Shown here piece after piece: positions 51,939 to 64,000 of a stretch of 64,000 bases of DNA. The notes below the pieces were generated by a model. The model ran no database searches and had not been told where the DNA came from. It worked only from the letters and a program-made list of their open reading frames with translations. A program made the position numbers and the translations under genes. The first letter of the stretch is position 1; every line of letters begins with the position of its first letter. The stretch spans positions 1,061,309 through 1,125,308 of the forward strand of contig NW_003314267.1 of the NCBI RefSeq assembly GCF_000143415.4, in the 5' to 3' direction. Source of the stretch: Selaginella moellendorffii. Its lineage: Eukaryota; Plantae; Lycopodiophyta.

Positions 51939-53339
51939 GGCTGTGAAAAAACTCCTGTCCCTGTTTCCCTGTCCCGTGAATTCTAGCTTCTAGTGACCCT
52001 GTAGATCCAATCTCGAGGCCGCGAGCGCATCACGCAGTCCATATATCTCGCTTCCGAACTTTCCCCCAATCCCAATTGGAAGCTAGAACGAGAGGTGAAT
52101 ACCTGGTCAGCAGGAGTGAGCCTTATGCCCTCTCAGATCCACACGCATCCAAGACGAGGCTCGAAGGAATTACTCCTGCGCAAACAAAACAGCAAAGACG
52201 AGACCACGTCAAGACAAGCATTGAGCAAAAGCCTTAAGACGATCTAACAAGCCTTTGAAGATTCAAAGCACAGGAAGGAAAAAAAAAAGAAAAAAAAAAA
52301 AAGGAAGAGCAAAAAAAAAGGAGAGAGTGTTGTTACACCATCTCCTTCACGAACTGCGCCGCATTTGCCTCGGCAAGCCCAGAGTTACCAACCATAGCCA
52401 GAAAAGTACGCGCGGGGAGGATAGAAACAAGAGGCAGGGAATGAGGTTTTTGACAGCAACACTTTCCTAGAGCGCGGATAAAACGAGCTCCGCGCTGCGA
52501 CGTTTGCCAGGACGAGCAGGCACTAAACACCAAAATGCCCTCCTTTACGAGACACCGCTCACAGAAATTACCAGAGCTAGAGCAAGCATGGATTTGCGAG
52601 GAGCGCTCTAGCTGCCTCACATCGCTAAGCAGGGATTTGCAGAGCTCCCATTATGAATGCTTGCTTGCAGCGCGCGCGAGAGGGCGCGAGAGAGAGGAGG
52701 GAAGACGCGACGCGACTGATTACCGCAAGAGCACTCTCCTTAGCTTACCTTAGCTGCAAATCACGCAAGAAATGCTGCTTCCAGACGGCGCCCGATCCGA
52801 CATCCCTAGCTCGCCATCGCCGCCGATCGCCGCCTCCGCCTGCCTCGACGCCACGAATCGCGAAGAAACGCCGCCCAGGGTTTCGCGATTTCCCACGCGA
52901 TCGAAAGAAGAACTCTAGCGAAATATTTTGGCACAATTAAACACGCAACCGCGACTGGAGCGCAAGCGTTTGGGGTCACTAACCACGCGACTAGTCGCCC
53001 GCGACTCTTCCACGTGTCGGGCATTGACTCGCCAGTCCGGGCTAATCATACGAGCGCCTCCAATCGTCGTGCGTACGAAATTCGAGCTAGCTATACATCC
53101 ATGCCATACAGGCCCCATGCATCTATATCCACGGTGGCTAATGAGTTCACGCGTCGCGATCCAACGGTCCACGTCACGGGGCCTGCCCCACAAAAGAGAG
53201 TGATGTGGACCGGCGAATGTGCGTTGCTAGCTAGCATTGCAAAAAGCCTTGAGTTTAATCATAGGAATCTTTGTATCTAAGCTTCTTTAGTTCTAATAAA
53301 TAGAAGGATTGTTTCACTAGAATTTAGGGTTTATATTCG

Positions 53340-54362
53340 ATGGAATCGCACGCTCTGGACGATCTTATAACTCGCCTTCTCAAACGGCCGGGCAAGCCAG
53401 TCCTAATGACTGAGCAGGAGATTGAGAGCTTATGTGACAGTGCCGCACAAATCTTTTTATCGGAAGCATCACTGCTCGAGCTTAACGCTCCCATCGTCGT
53501 GTGTGGTATGTTCCATCTTAGGTTTAAATTAACCATGTGGAATCTTGTAAAACCTTAAAATTTTAGGTGACATCCATGGGCAATACAGGGACTTGCTCAA
53601 GATCTTCAACATTGGAGGCTTTCCTCCCAGGTCAAACTATCTCTTCCTGGGGGATTACGTCGATCGGGGCAACCAAAGCCTAGAAACCATTTGTTTGCTG
53701 CTCGCGTACAAGGTCAAGTATCCACAGAACTTCTTCTTGCTGCGGGGAAACCACGAAGACTCACAGGTCAACAGAGTATTTGGCTTCTATGACGAGTGCG
53801 TGGGGCGCTACAAGAGCGAGGATGTTTGGAAGTGTTTTAAGCGATGCTTTAAGTGCCTCCCCATTGGAGCGTTGATCGGGAAGAAGATCCTGTGCGTGCA
53901 TGGAGGCATCTCGCCGGAGTTAGATTCCCTGGACCAGATTAGAGATATTACAAGGCCAGTGGACGTTCCAGAGAGTGGGCTGTTGACGGATTTGCTATGG
54001 TCGGATCCATGTACGTGGGGAAACGGATGGAACCATAGTTTGCGTGGATGCAGCATGACGTTTGGCCCAGACCTAGTGAAGGAGTTTACTGCCAAGCACG
54101 GTTTGGATCTTATATGCAGAGCTCATCAAGTACGTGAATATTTCTATCCTTTACCTTTCATCTTGTGGTTAATTTCTAGGTTGCAAACGATGGATATGAG
54201 TTCTTTGCAGATGGCAAGCTTGTGACGATGTTTTCGGCTCCATGTTATATGAATGGGAATAATTTGGCTGCTATCATGATAGTGGATGAGAGACTGTCGT
54301 GCTCTTATAAAAAATGGGCTAAATGGTCCCAAACCAATTGTGACTCTGTCACGTTGGTGTAA
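53340..54362 (+). CDS. Divergent PP1 (TOPP-like) Ser/Thr phosphatase catalytic subunit
   Basis: Exons 53340-53505, 53567-54129, 54180-54362. GDIHG, GDYVDRG, LRGNHE, HGG, DLLWSDP and RAHQ motifs are intact and the reading frame is open. Confidence 0.93.
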
Positions 54363-54638
54363 TAATCTGTTGTGTGTTCCATACAGCAATAACTGATCAA
54401 TTAGAAGTTTAAAATTATAAATATGTTTATAATTATAACACAAAATTAATTTTTATTACATATCAACCATTATATAATAGAATAAACTAGAATGTACTAT
54501 TCAGGAGAGTTATGTTAAACATGTTTATAAATTATAAATACAAGATTATTCTAAATTATTAGATCCTAGAATATCTAAGCATACTCAAGATATACTCACT
54601 ACCTTGCTTAAATAAATTAAAAATCAATTTTACAATTA

Positions 54639-54778
54639 ACAGCTACGATGCCATATACAACCAAACACTTAAATTAACATAGCGGGATTTTTACAATTAT
54701 GAGCTCAAAGTGTACAGCTACGATGCCATATACTAATATTAACAACTATACACTAAAATTAGCATGGTGGGATTTTGA
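54639..54778. repeat. Short tandem duplication (~76-bp period)
   Basis: acagctacgatgccatatac...aaatta(a/g)cat..gggatttt occurs twice. Confidence 0.7.
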
Positions 54779-55829
54779 TATGTAATAAATTGATTTTATG
54801 CACTCACATTGGTGGAGATGAGGGGCAGTTTTGATTGTCTTTGAAGAGTGCTTGGATTTGGGATTTTGGTTTAGATCTAACTTTTACATCATTTAGATCT
54901 TACTTTTTTATAACTTTTTTAATTTTTTCTCTTTTATTTTTTTCCTTTTTTCTATTGATCTTCATGGTAGAGAAATAACTTCCTCCTCCTTTGACTTTGG
55001 AGTAATAATTAATGCAATTGCTTAATTCTATATAATTATAGTTGAATAATCAAACTCAGTTGATGGCAACATTCATAGCACATAGTACAACTCTTTTTGC
55101 TCTTGCTGCCAATTTTTGCGTTTGGCAGGAGTTCTTCCATGAGAACCCTAGGGATGATGAGTACTATTGGTTCAATCACACTATGGTGATTGCCACATAT
55201 CATTGTTAAGATGATCCCCAGCATTTAATTGAGTTTCCCACATGTCTCTAAGGGACAGTGTTGTAATGGTATAATAATTTAAGTGCAGCCACTTATGTGG
55301 ATTAGAGTATTTTCCTAGATGTCATCAAACACATATGTAGACATGTTGATGATTGTAATAATGTCTTTCAAAAATTGCATCATCTTCGTCAAGGGCTATT
55401 TGATTCAATAATGCAATTTGGCATTTGTTTCCAAAATTTCTTGTTTTGTGCGGATCTCAATATGTTGGAAAGGATTATGTTAGTACAACATTATAAATCA
55501 TCACATTTTTCATTTCTCATTACACATCCTTCAGCTCCACTTCTTATGGGAGATGGTCTTATTCCAATAAAGGTTAATATTGCTATTTCCCAAAACAAGA
55601 GTGATGACATAATTGTGATCATGATATCCATTACTAGGTATGTGATGAGATTGGTCACACATATCAGTATTGTCAGCATTCTCCAAATTAGTATATTCCA
55701 TTTTTTGGGTGAAGACTTAAGCCCCAAGTTTAGAATATGACTAATGGAGGTTGTGAGTGAGACTCTTCTAAGTGCTTGGAGGTGTGGTTATTTGATTAAA
55801 GTAGAATAGAAGATTTAGTCACTTACACC

Positions 55830-56490
55830 AATATGGTGTGGAACTTGGGATTAGACTTAAGCCAAATACAGAACCAAGATAAGCATACAACTAAGAGCTA
55901 GAATATGCCTTAGATTGGTTAGCCATGCCCAACTTGCTTGCTATCTCCCTACTACACATTTAGAACCCTTGCCCTTTCTTATGGAATACATGCTTTGGGC
56001 TTTCACCCTTATCCATCTTTAGTACCAGAAGTTAGTCTCTGGGATTAATTCAAAACTTACTAAATATGGAATAGTGTTAGATTGTGAATTTGGGTATATA
56101 ATAAACACCACATTCTGTAGATATACCAAATTAGCAAATTTAGACACTTTTCATAAATAGCAATTGAGATTGAATGGGACTAACACAAGGTGAATTCCTA
56201 AGTACTATTAATCAGGAACCTCATGATATTAAGTTTGGCCGTTCAATATTTGCTAGATAATAACTTACCATGTCTGCCAAACACCCTTGCTATCATGTTG
56301 TTCTTATGCTCATTTAATCAAGTGCATATGCAAAGACTAGTTTCTCAACTAACTTAGGTGGAGACTAAAAAAGGGATCAGCAATACTAACCTCTTGCCAT
56401 TGTGGCAATAAAAAAAGAATATTCAAAAGGATTAGTTGATAGATAACTTTTGATACCCACAGTTACATTAACAATACTCTCTCCCCTTTA
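55830..56490 (-). mobile_element. Truncated decayed LARD LTR plus PPT
   Basis: Aligns to the right half of the 22958-24091 LTR, ends ...cattaaca at 56473 and is followed by ctctctcccc. Confidence 0.8.
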
Positions 56491-56492
56491 CG

Positions 56493-59400
56493 TGTAGCAT
56501 ACGTGGTTTTCACCCTTTATTCTATGGTGTTTTACCATAAGATAACTATGAAGTGGAACGTAAACCCTCCATGTGCTATATGCCACATGCCATGTGTCCA
56601 AAGGACAATGGTGTGAAACCCAAGTTTCAAGGCCTTGGGTCATTGAATGAAGGTGCGAAGCCAAATTCCTAAGTATGGAACCAAGGAGTGATAGAATTGG
56701 ACCACGGAGCAACTCTCAAGTATATAGCCCAAGGAGCGAAGAAACAAGAGTACGGAGTGACAAAGAACAGTCCTAAAACATCCAACATCCCAATGCCAGG
56801 ACTAGAATGCAAAACAGAACCAAATAGAATTTAGTGCTATTTCAACATACCAGTGGTCTGTCGGTAAGCGATCTGGAAGAGCTTGACAAAATCTCTCCCC
56901 TTTTGTTTTTCAGGAAAATTCCTGGCATCAGTGGCTACTGCAAGGATATAGGTACTCCACCAAGTACCATGGTGTGGAGATTGGGCTTAGACCCAAGCTG
57001 GACACTAAATAAGGACAAGCACACAAATGGGAGCTAGACTACACCTCAGGTTGGTCAACCATACCCAATTTACCCACTATCTTTACTATACATTTGGAAT
57101 TCCCTTCCCCTTGAGGAACACATACTTTGGGCTTTCATCCTAACCCTCCCTTAGTACCAGGAATTAGTCTTTGGGATAAGCTTGAAACTTACTAAATATA
57201 GAATGTCCTTAGATTGCAAATTTGGATATGAGATAAACACCATTGTGTTCAAAACAATCTTTATATTCCGTAGATATGCCAAATGAGCAAATTTAGACAC
57301 TTTCCATAAATAGCATTTGGGACCGGAATGAGATTAACATAAAGGGTATGATAGTGAGGGTGTTTGGCAGATAGAGTAAGCTATCATCCAGCGTTATTGA
57401 GGGATTAGTCTTAATACGCAAGAGTTTTTGTCAAGCTAATGTAAAATAGAGCAAAAGAGAACTAAGAGTCAAGCTGAGTATGCTCAACTAAAAACACATA
57501 GGAGTTCCTACCTTACATCCATTTAGCTAAGTACAGGTGTTAAGCCCAGTTTACTAACACTTGAACAAGAGAGGCTGATAAAGGGAACTAACAACAGCAA
57601 CCTTCTGTTGTCGTAGCAATAAGAAAAGAATATCTGAAAGGACTAGTCGATAAATAACTTTCGATACCTGAACTCATATTCAACCTGACACTCTCCCCCC
57701 CTAAAGAAGATTGACGTCCTCGTCGATGCATACTCTAGTCTAAAACACTGCCAAGGAAACAACTCCAGAAAAAGTTCATGGTGATCACACTTTGTGAGAA
57801 ATGCACCAACTTAAATGAGTTAAGATAACCTTTTTGTTTAACACGGACATGCTACCAACTCAGACACTTTCTAGCCGTCGCCAACAAGGAAATGACCAAC
57901 TGAGTTAGCCACCTTTGCTACTCTAGGTGTCACCTAGCTTACAAAAGTGTGATACACCCTTGCCCGTGGGGACATAAAGAAAGAAGCCAAGGGCCCCAAC
58001 CCTTATAAGCAAAAAAACTAAACTCATTGGTAATGTTTAAATAGACTATTGTAAACATGCAATTAGAGTTATTTATATGGTCATGCCCTTTTAATGGAAT
58101 AAGGAATACTAATAGAGAGGTGGGTGATATGACCAATCGACAATAGCTACCCCATTTTCACCATGCACACAAAGTGCCAAAGCCATTCTACCTATACTGG
58201 CCCAAACTTAAAGATCAATAAATGGATAATATCAAAGTTAAAAACAATGATATCTTAAAGATGTATTCATCAATGAATAAATCTTAGATTAGAACACAAA
58301 GTATTCCAAGTAAGTTATTATCTAATAAACAAGAATTATAGTATAAGAACCACCAAAATCACTATAGTTGGAAAACATAAGATTCATCAGCCAATAAAAT
58401 TTAATAGCCAGTGTATCATTAAAAAAACTCAATGCTAAAATTTAACTATCCAAGATTGTAGATAGCATGCCAAACAACTTACGAATGACAGCTCAAAGAA
58501 CACAAAGTATCATTGATTGGCAAACAAAATGCTCGCAAATATATAACTCAAAGGAAATAACATCCAATTTATTCAGAATCAACTATACCAACAATCAATA
58601 GAATAGAATAAATGTTGCAAAACTAATAAATACTTGTTCATGCCACACTATCGCACTAGCCAATTTGTATAAATCCCAGTCAATAATACCAAGGAACTAG
58701 AGTTGCTCAAACAAATGTCAGCAACATCCTACTGATGTCTCAAACCCAAGAGATCAATCCAGAGCCCCATTAATAAAGAAATGCATAATCATTATCAAAG
58801 AAAAAATCCACCATCCCGAAAAATGGCACATCATTTTACATCAACAACAACCAAGCAAATCTTATAATAAGAATAATCAACTATCCCAAGATGATAATCA
58901 TTTTTCATCAATGATTGTTAAATGCAAATACTAACTTTAATATCGAAGCTAATGAGTTAAAAATGCATTTCTCAACAACTTCTAACAAATGGACCATAAG
59001 CATGAAAACTTAAGAAACCAAAAGCTCGAAGAAGCCTATAACTAAGTCTTGCCTAACAATGATCACGAGTTTTGCATGAATTAACTTCAATGCTAAAGAA
59101 GAAATCACAGTACAACCCACAATATCCTCTTCAACATATTCATAAGCTAAACTTCATAATCCAAAGCTAATGAAGAGCATTTCTGCATCAATCCAAAAGC
59201 TAAGTATAACAATGTTATGCTCAACAAGTGATCACTATATAATATTCATTTTTTATAAGAAGACGTAACTCACTTTATAACACGCACAATAAAAACTAGC
59301 AATAATCAATATATCCTAACTCAAATCCAATAAGGACTTAAATACTCCAATATTGATCACTAACTCTTTGTCTTGAAAAGCTAATATAGTCCACGACTAA

Positions 59401-62400
59401 ATCATTTTTCAAGGACAAGCCAAAGCTTAACCTTTACTAAACAATCTCATCTAGAACCCAACTAACTCAACTTGCCACTCTGTTTGTTTGAACACTAACA
59501 TAGTTGCTAACTAGTAAATGCATGAATGCTAATAACACAAAGCTATAGCCAAATCAACAACACTATCTTTATCAAGACTAATGAAACTTAATATCAATCA
59601 TAAGGAAACATTTCATCCCATTTGAATCTCAATATCAACAATGTCAATGACAATGCATCACTTCAATGCCATCAACACCAAAACAAAATTAGAAAAATGC
59701 AAGAGTGAATCATCACTCAAAGCTCTTTAGTAACTAAGCTAACCAAAGTCAAATATACCTTAGTCAGTATTTGAGACTAATCCTTCAATAATACTCAATT
59801 TGAGATAACACATCATCAAGGAGTGATTGACCACATTCAAGACTCGATGAAATCTAACACTATGGACTAAACGTAACCAAATGTTATTAACAAAGGAATC
59901 GACATTTCCAACATGGAAAACCATGCAAGCCACAATATGATCCTCTACAATATCATTTAATAAAGTAAGTCTATCACGCCTGAATCATCATCAAGTGAAG
60001 CAAGTGTTAACAGTTCTTGATGAAGTCTACAAGTAATTACTGATTGCAAAACAACTAAAAATCACTCTTTAACTTGCCTTCACAAGACCCAAATACTAAA
60101 CTCATGTCATCGAGTCATATACTTGTGCAAAATGACCATAATACCCCAAATACGATATATAGGAACATGGACAAATATAGCTTAAATGACTACTCGAATC
60201 CCACTCAACGACAATAAGTTCATCAACACGTCTAGCCAATAGTTCTGAGCATGCCTTGAAGAGGCTTGCTATGCATGATCAACATTTAGTCAAAACTAAA
60301 GTGAAGACTAATTTGAGCTCATAAGTTTGGATTTCCTGGGAGGTCACCCAGCCCAATATTATTCAAACTTAATGACGCTTAACCCCAAGTATCCCAAGAC
60401 CTTTAACCGATTGAAAAAGGGGGGTGCACTCTTATTCATAGACTCTTTCCCTCTATATTTAAACCTCATAGACCGTCCATCTCTCGAGTCATTCTCTTTG
60501 GTTGCTTACAATCCATCATGCTTCCCTACAAGTTCACGCCCTCGAGACCAAAAGCTGAGAGCCGCAGCTCTCCTAAGAGCCCTACTCTCTTGACACCCTA
60601 CCCCTCAGATCGAGCTCAGCGGGAGCAAATTGAACCTATCAAATGTCAATCAATATATGGTGTGATTCTTTTAGCAAACCAATAGAGTTGGACTCAAGAC
60701 CCGCTCTGATACCAAATGTAAGCTCCTAAGTTTAGACTTCCCGAGAGGTCACCCAACCCAGTACTATTCAAACCCAAGGATGCTTAACCCCAAGTATCCC
60801 AAAACCCTTAACCGATTGAAAAAAGGGGTGCACTTTTATTCATGAGCCTTTTCCTTCTATATTTAAACTCTATAAACCGTTTTTCGAGTCGTTCTCTTTG
60901 GTTGCTTACAACCATGAGATGAACTTATATTGGTACACAACCTCCTCATAGACAAAACTATAGTACAAGTATTAACATCTTAATTTTAAGTTAAACATCA
61001 TCATCCTTAACCAAGGCATAGGGCTATCAAAACCAAGTCAAGATTAGTGAGAGTTCACTATTCTCATAGAGTTTAATGAAATGCAAAATGTAACTTGCGA
61101 CCATGCACAATACTACAAAACAAAGGCATAAAGGTCACTTTTCTAGAAAAGTGCAATAGCCATTTTTCTACATCAACTCTAGACTCTATCCAACTCAATT
61201 ACCTTAGCCCCAAAAGTCAATATCCATTTCGGGTTGCACCATATAAACTACTTACTAAGGTTTAAGCTAACCAAAGTCAACTCCAACCCCTTCACTAGTT
61301 TGTATTGGCTTACGAAAATGGAATGGTTTTTGAGCAAAGTGATTAACAAATCAGCTATTGGAAAAGTCTAAGAAAATTTGTGGAAGATTTTTTATCCTAA
61401 AGAAAGAATGACTCTTAGTCTAGGAATACAAACTTTAAGACTCAACCAACTTCCTTTTACTAACAACTTCACATAGATTCACCTCAACACAAATTCTCAT
61501 AACCCAACAACATGCTAAGCATCAAACATTTTGCCCATATTTCTGACATCTAACACTGATATCCACAAAATTCAAAATGAACATCCAAGATTTAATCACA
61601 AAAATCATATCTTTAGATATCCACATTGCACTAACACTCTTCTTCAACCACCTTCAAGATCCAATATATAGCCAAAACACTAAAAAGAAAATGATATAGA
61701 AAATCAAGATTTAAGGAAAAATCCTCATCATCTAAACAACAATGCTACTTCTATTAACACAAGTACTAGTGATATCAATGCCTCAACTATACACCTTCTC
61801 CATCCACACTAGTGTTATGCTAAACAGTTATGGACTAGTTTATTTGCCACTCATAGCAAACCCAAGGAAGGTTTACTTTTACTCATGGTACAAGGAATAA
61901 CTCATGGAAACCACTGATAAGGTAACATTAATCCTGCCAACTCAAAGTGTAACCTCGAGTTGCTAATATGCCTCACTCACGAGCCCAAGCACAAACTTAT
62001 ATAACATGTTACATCTTTGTCTATCTTATGAGCCCAAGAGTAAGCTCATATATTACGGTATAAAAAGGTAACCAAAATCTATATCCAAGGAACAATTGCG
62101 AAGTTTTAACTCCTAAACGTATACCCATTCGGATCATCATTTTCATCTCTATGTATGCAACAAAGCTAATCGCCCAATCTCATTAGATAATGCCCAATTT
62201 CGCTGAGACTCATCCTCTGATACCAAATGTAGTGCACATGGTTTTCACCCTTTATCCTATGATGTTTTATTATAAATAACCATGAAGCAGAACCTAAATC
62301 CTTTATGTGCCATATATCACATGCCATGTGTTCAAAGGATAGTGGTAAAAATCCAAATTTCAAAGCTTTGGGCCATTAAACGAAGGTACGAAGCCAAACT

Positions 62401-62480
62401 CTTAAACATAGAGCTAAAGAATGATGGAACTAGATCACAAAGTAACTCTTAAGCATATAACCAAAAGGGTGAAGTGTTAA
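56493..62480 (-). mobile_element. Older LARD copy
   Basis: LTR 56493-57690, PPT reverse complement at 57691, PBS reverse complement CCTCTGATACCA at 62214-62225, truncated LTR from 62228. Interior is colinear with 24092-29098 apart from a ~0.9-kb deletion and a Cassandra insertion. Confidence 0.92.
60312..60910 (-). mobile_element. Cassandra TRIM with 5S rRNA-derived LTR segments
   Basis: LTRs 60312-60510 and 60717-60910. The reverse complement reads GGTTAAGC...AGTACTGGGTTGGGTGACCTCTCGGGAAGTC (5S box A/C-like). PBS reverse complement at 60703-60714. TSD actaa/accat, with the empty site tgaagaccatgagatg at 26831-26846. Confidence 0.92.
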
Positions 62481-64000
62481 AGCCAATCTGCCTTTATTGG
62501 CCCAAACCCAAATATTAATAAATGGACAATATCAAAGTCAAAGACAATGATATCTTATAGAATTAATTACCAATGAATAAATCTTAGATTACAACACAAA
62601 AGTATTATAAGCAAGTTATCATCCAATAAACCAATATTAGAGTATAGGAACCACCAAGATCATCATAATTAGAAAACATAAGATTCACTATCCAACAAAA
62701 TTCAATAGTAAGTGTATCATTAAAAACACTCAATGATAAAATCTAACTATCAAAAACTATAAACAGTATGCCAAATAACTTACGAAAGATAACTCAAAGT
62801 ACATAAAATATTATCGACTATCAAGTAAAATGCTACTCAATGGAAATAACACCCAATCTATTAAAACTAACTATAGCAATAATTAATAAAACAGAATGAA
62901 TGCTACAATACTAATAAACACTCATTTATGTTAATAGATCTTAGTTAACAATACAAAGGAACTCAAATTTCTTAAGCAAGTCTCAAACCCAAAAAATCAA
63001 TCTAAGGCAAACCATGAAGAATATGTGGTAATGTGAAAAACCATAAGTTATCAAAGAAAACAACAAATTATCATGAAAAATCATGAATCATCCTATCAAT
63101 AAAGAAATGCAAAATTATTGTTGAAAAAAGAATCCACCATCTCAAAGAACAACAAATCATTCTAAATTAACAATAATCAAATAAACCTTTTGACAAAGAT
63201 AATCAACTATCCTAGATGATAGTCAATCATCTCTAATAATTGCTAGATATGAAGGCTAACTTCAACATTGAAGCTAATAAGCTAGAATGTTTTCCCTAAT
63301 AACTTCTAATAAATGAAACATTAAGTATTAAATTCAAAGAACCAAAAACTTGAAGAAACTTATACATAATTCTTGCTTAATAATGATCACGAATCTCACA
63401 TGAATTAAGTTCAATGCTACAAAAGAAATTATAGTACAACCCATAATATCCTTCTCAACACATATATAAGCTGAACTTCATAATACAAAAGCTAATGAAG
63501 AGCATATCTGCATTAATTTAAAAGTCAAGCACAATGAAGCTATACTCAATAAGTGATCACAAACGATCCTCCATGAATCCATTTTCTATAGCAAGACATA
63601 ACTCACTCCATAATAAACATAAGAAAAATCATCAATGATCGATATATCCCCAACTTAAATCCAATAAGGTTTCAATCACTTCAATATTAATCACTAACTC
63701 TTTCTCTCATAAAGTTAATATAGTCTAGGATTAAATCACTTTTCAAAGAAAAACCCAAAACTCAACCTCTAGTAAATAATCTCATCTAGAATATAACTAA
63801 CTCAAACTTGTTACTTAGTTTGTTTGAATATTAATATAATTGTTAACTAGCAAATGCATAAATGCTAATAATATAAAGCTACAACCCAAGCATTAACACT
63901 ATTTGTATCAAAACTAATGAAACTCAATATCAATCCTTAAAGAAAAATCTCATTTCACTTAAATCTCAATATCAACAATGTCAACAACGAAGCATCACTT
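62481..64000 (-). mobile_element. Third, most decayed LARD internal fragment (runs off the window)
   Basis: Colinear with ~24595-26200 and ~58180-59660. Confidence 0.88.

Noticed and set aside
35557-54362. Kinase plus two phosphatases as an operon-like signalling cluster
   Set aside because: Unrelated families in mixed orientations; adjacency is expected in a compact genome. Only the promoter-motif observation was kept.
55000-55740. 121-aa ORF and Cys-rich fragments (CTMCYECCH)
   Set aside because: No coherent domain; likely transposase debris, but I cannot support a call.
60325-60790. 5S rRNA genes
   Set aside because: Only the internal 5S-like part is present, inside paired LTRs with a PBS, so this is Cassandra and not rDNA.

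Overview
Plant nuclear DNA. The very short GT-AG introns (about 50-70 nt), tight gene packing and gene repertoire suggest a lycophyte such as Selaginella; this is inference. There are three zones. (1) 1-32.8 kb is an AT-rich field of nested transposons. It holds a decayed Mutator-like transposase interrupted by a solo-LTR-like repeat and a TRIM, and a decayed Cassandra. It also holds a full-length, pseudogenised Ty3/gypsy chromovirus (12563-18147, TSD GATTT), a TRIM with a 430-bp tandem duplication, and a 7.3-kb non-coding LTR element (LARD, 22958-30240, TSD TCATC). (2) 32.8-54.4 kb is a gene island: a PPR E-domain fragment, an extremely AT-rich intact secreted GNA-type lectin chimera, a CIP7-like gene, an AHK1-like hybrid histidine kinase, TOM1/THH1, PP2C, DUF936/CORD and a divergent PP1. 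(3) 55.7-64 kb holds older copies of the same LARD with a Cassandra inserted. The chromovirus has no tRNA PBS. Instead it has a perfect 15-nt Tf1-type self-priming duplex, a fossil PEG10-like -1 frameshift cassette, and an RT catalytic core that has been cut out and relocated behind the chromodomain. Other notable points are the lectin ORF, the remodelled toxin-binding loop of the PP1, and cis-signals shared by the TRIM and LARD. All coordinates and alignments were read by eye; no database searches were run.
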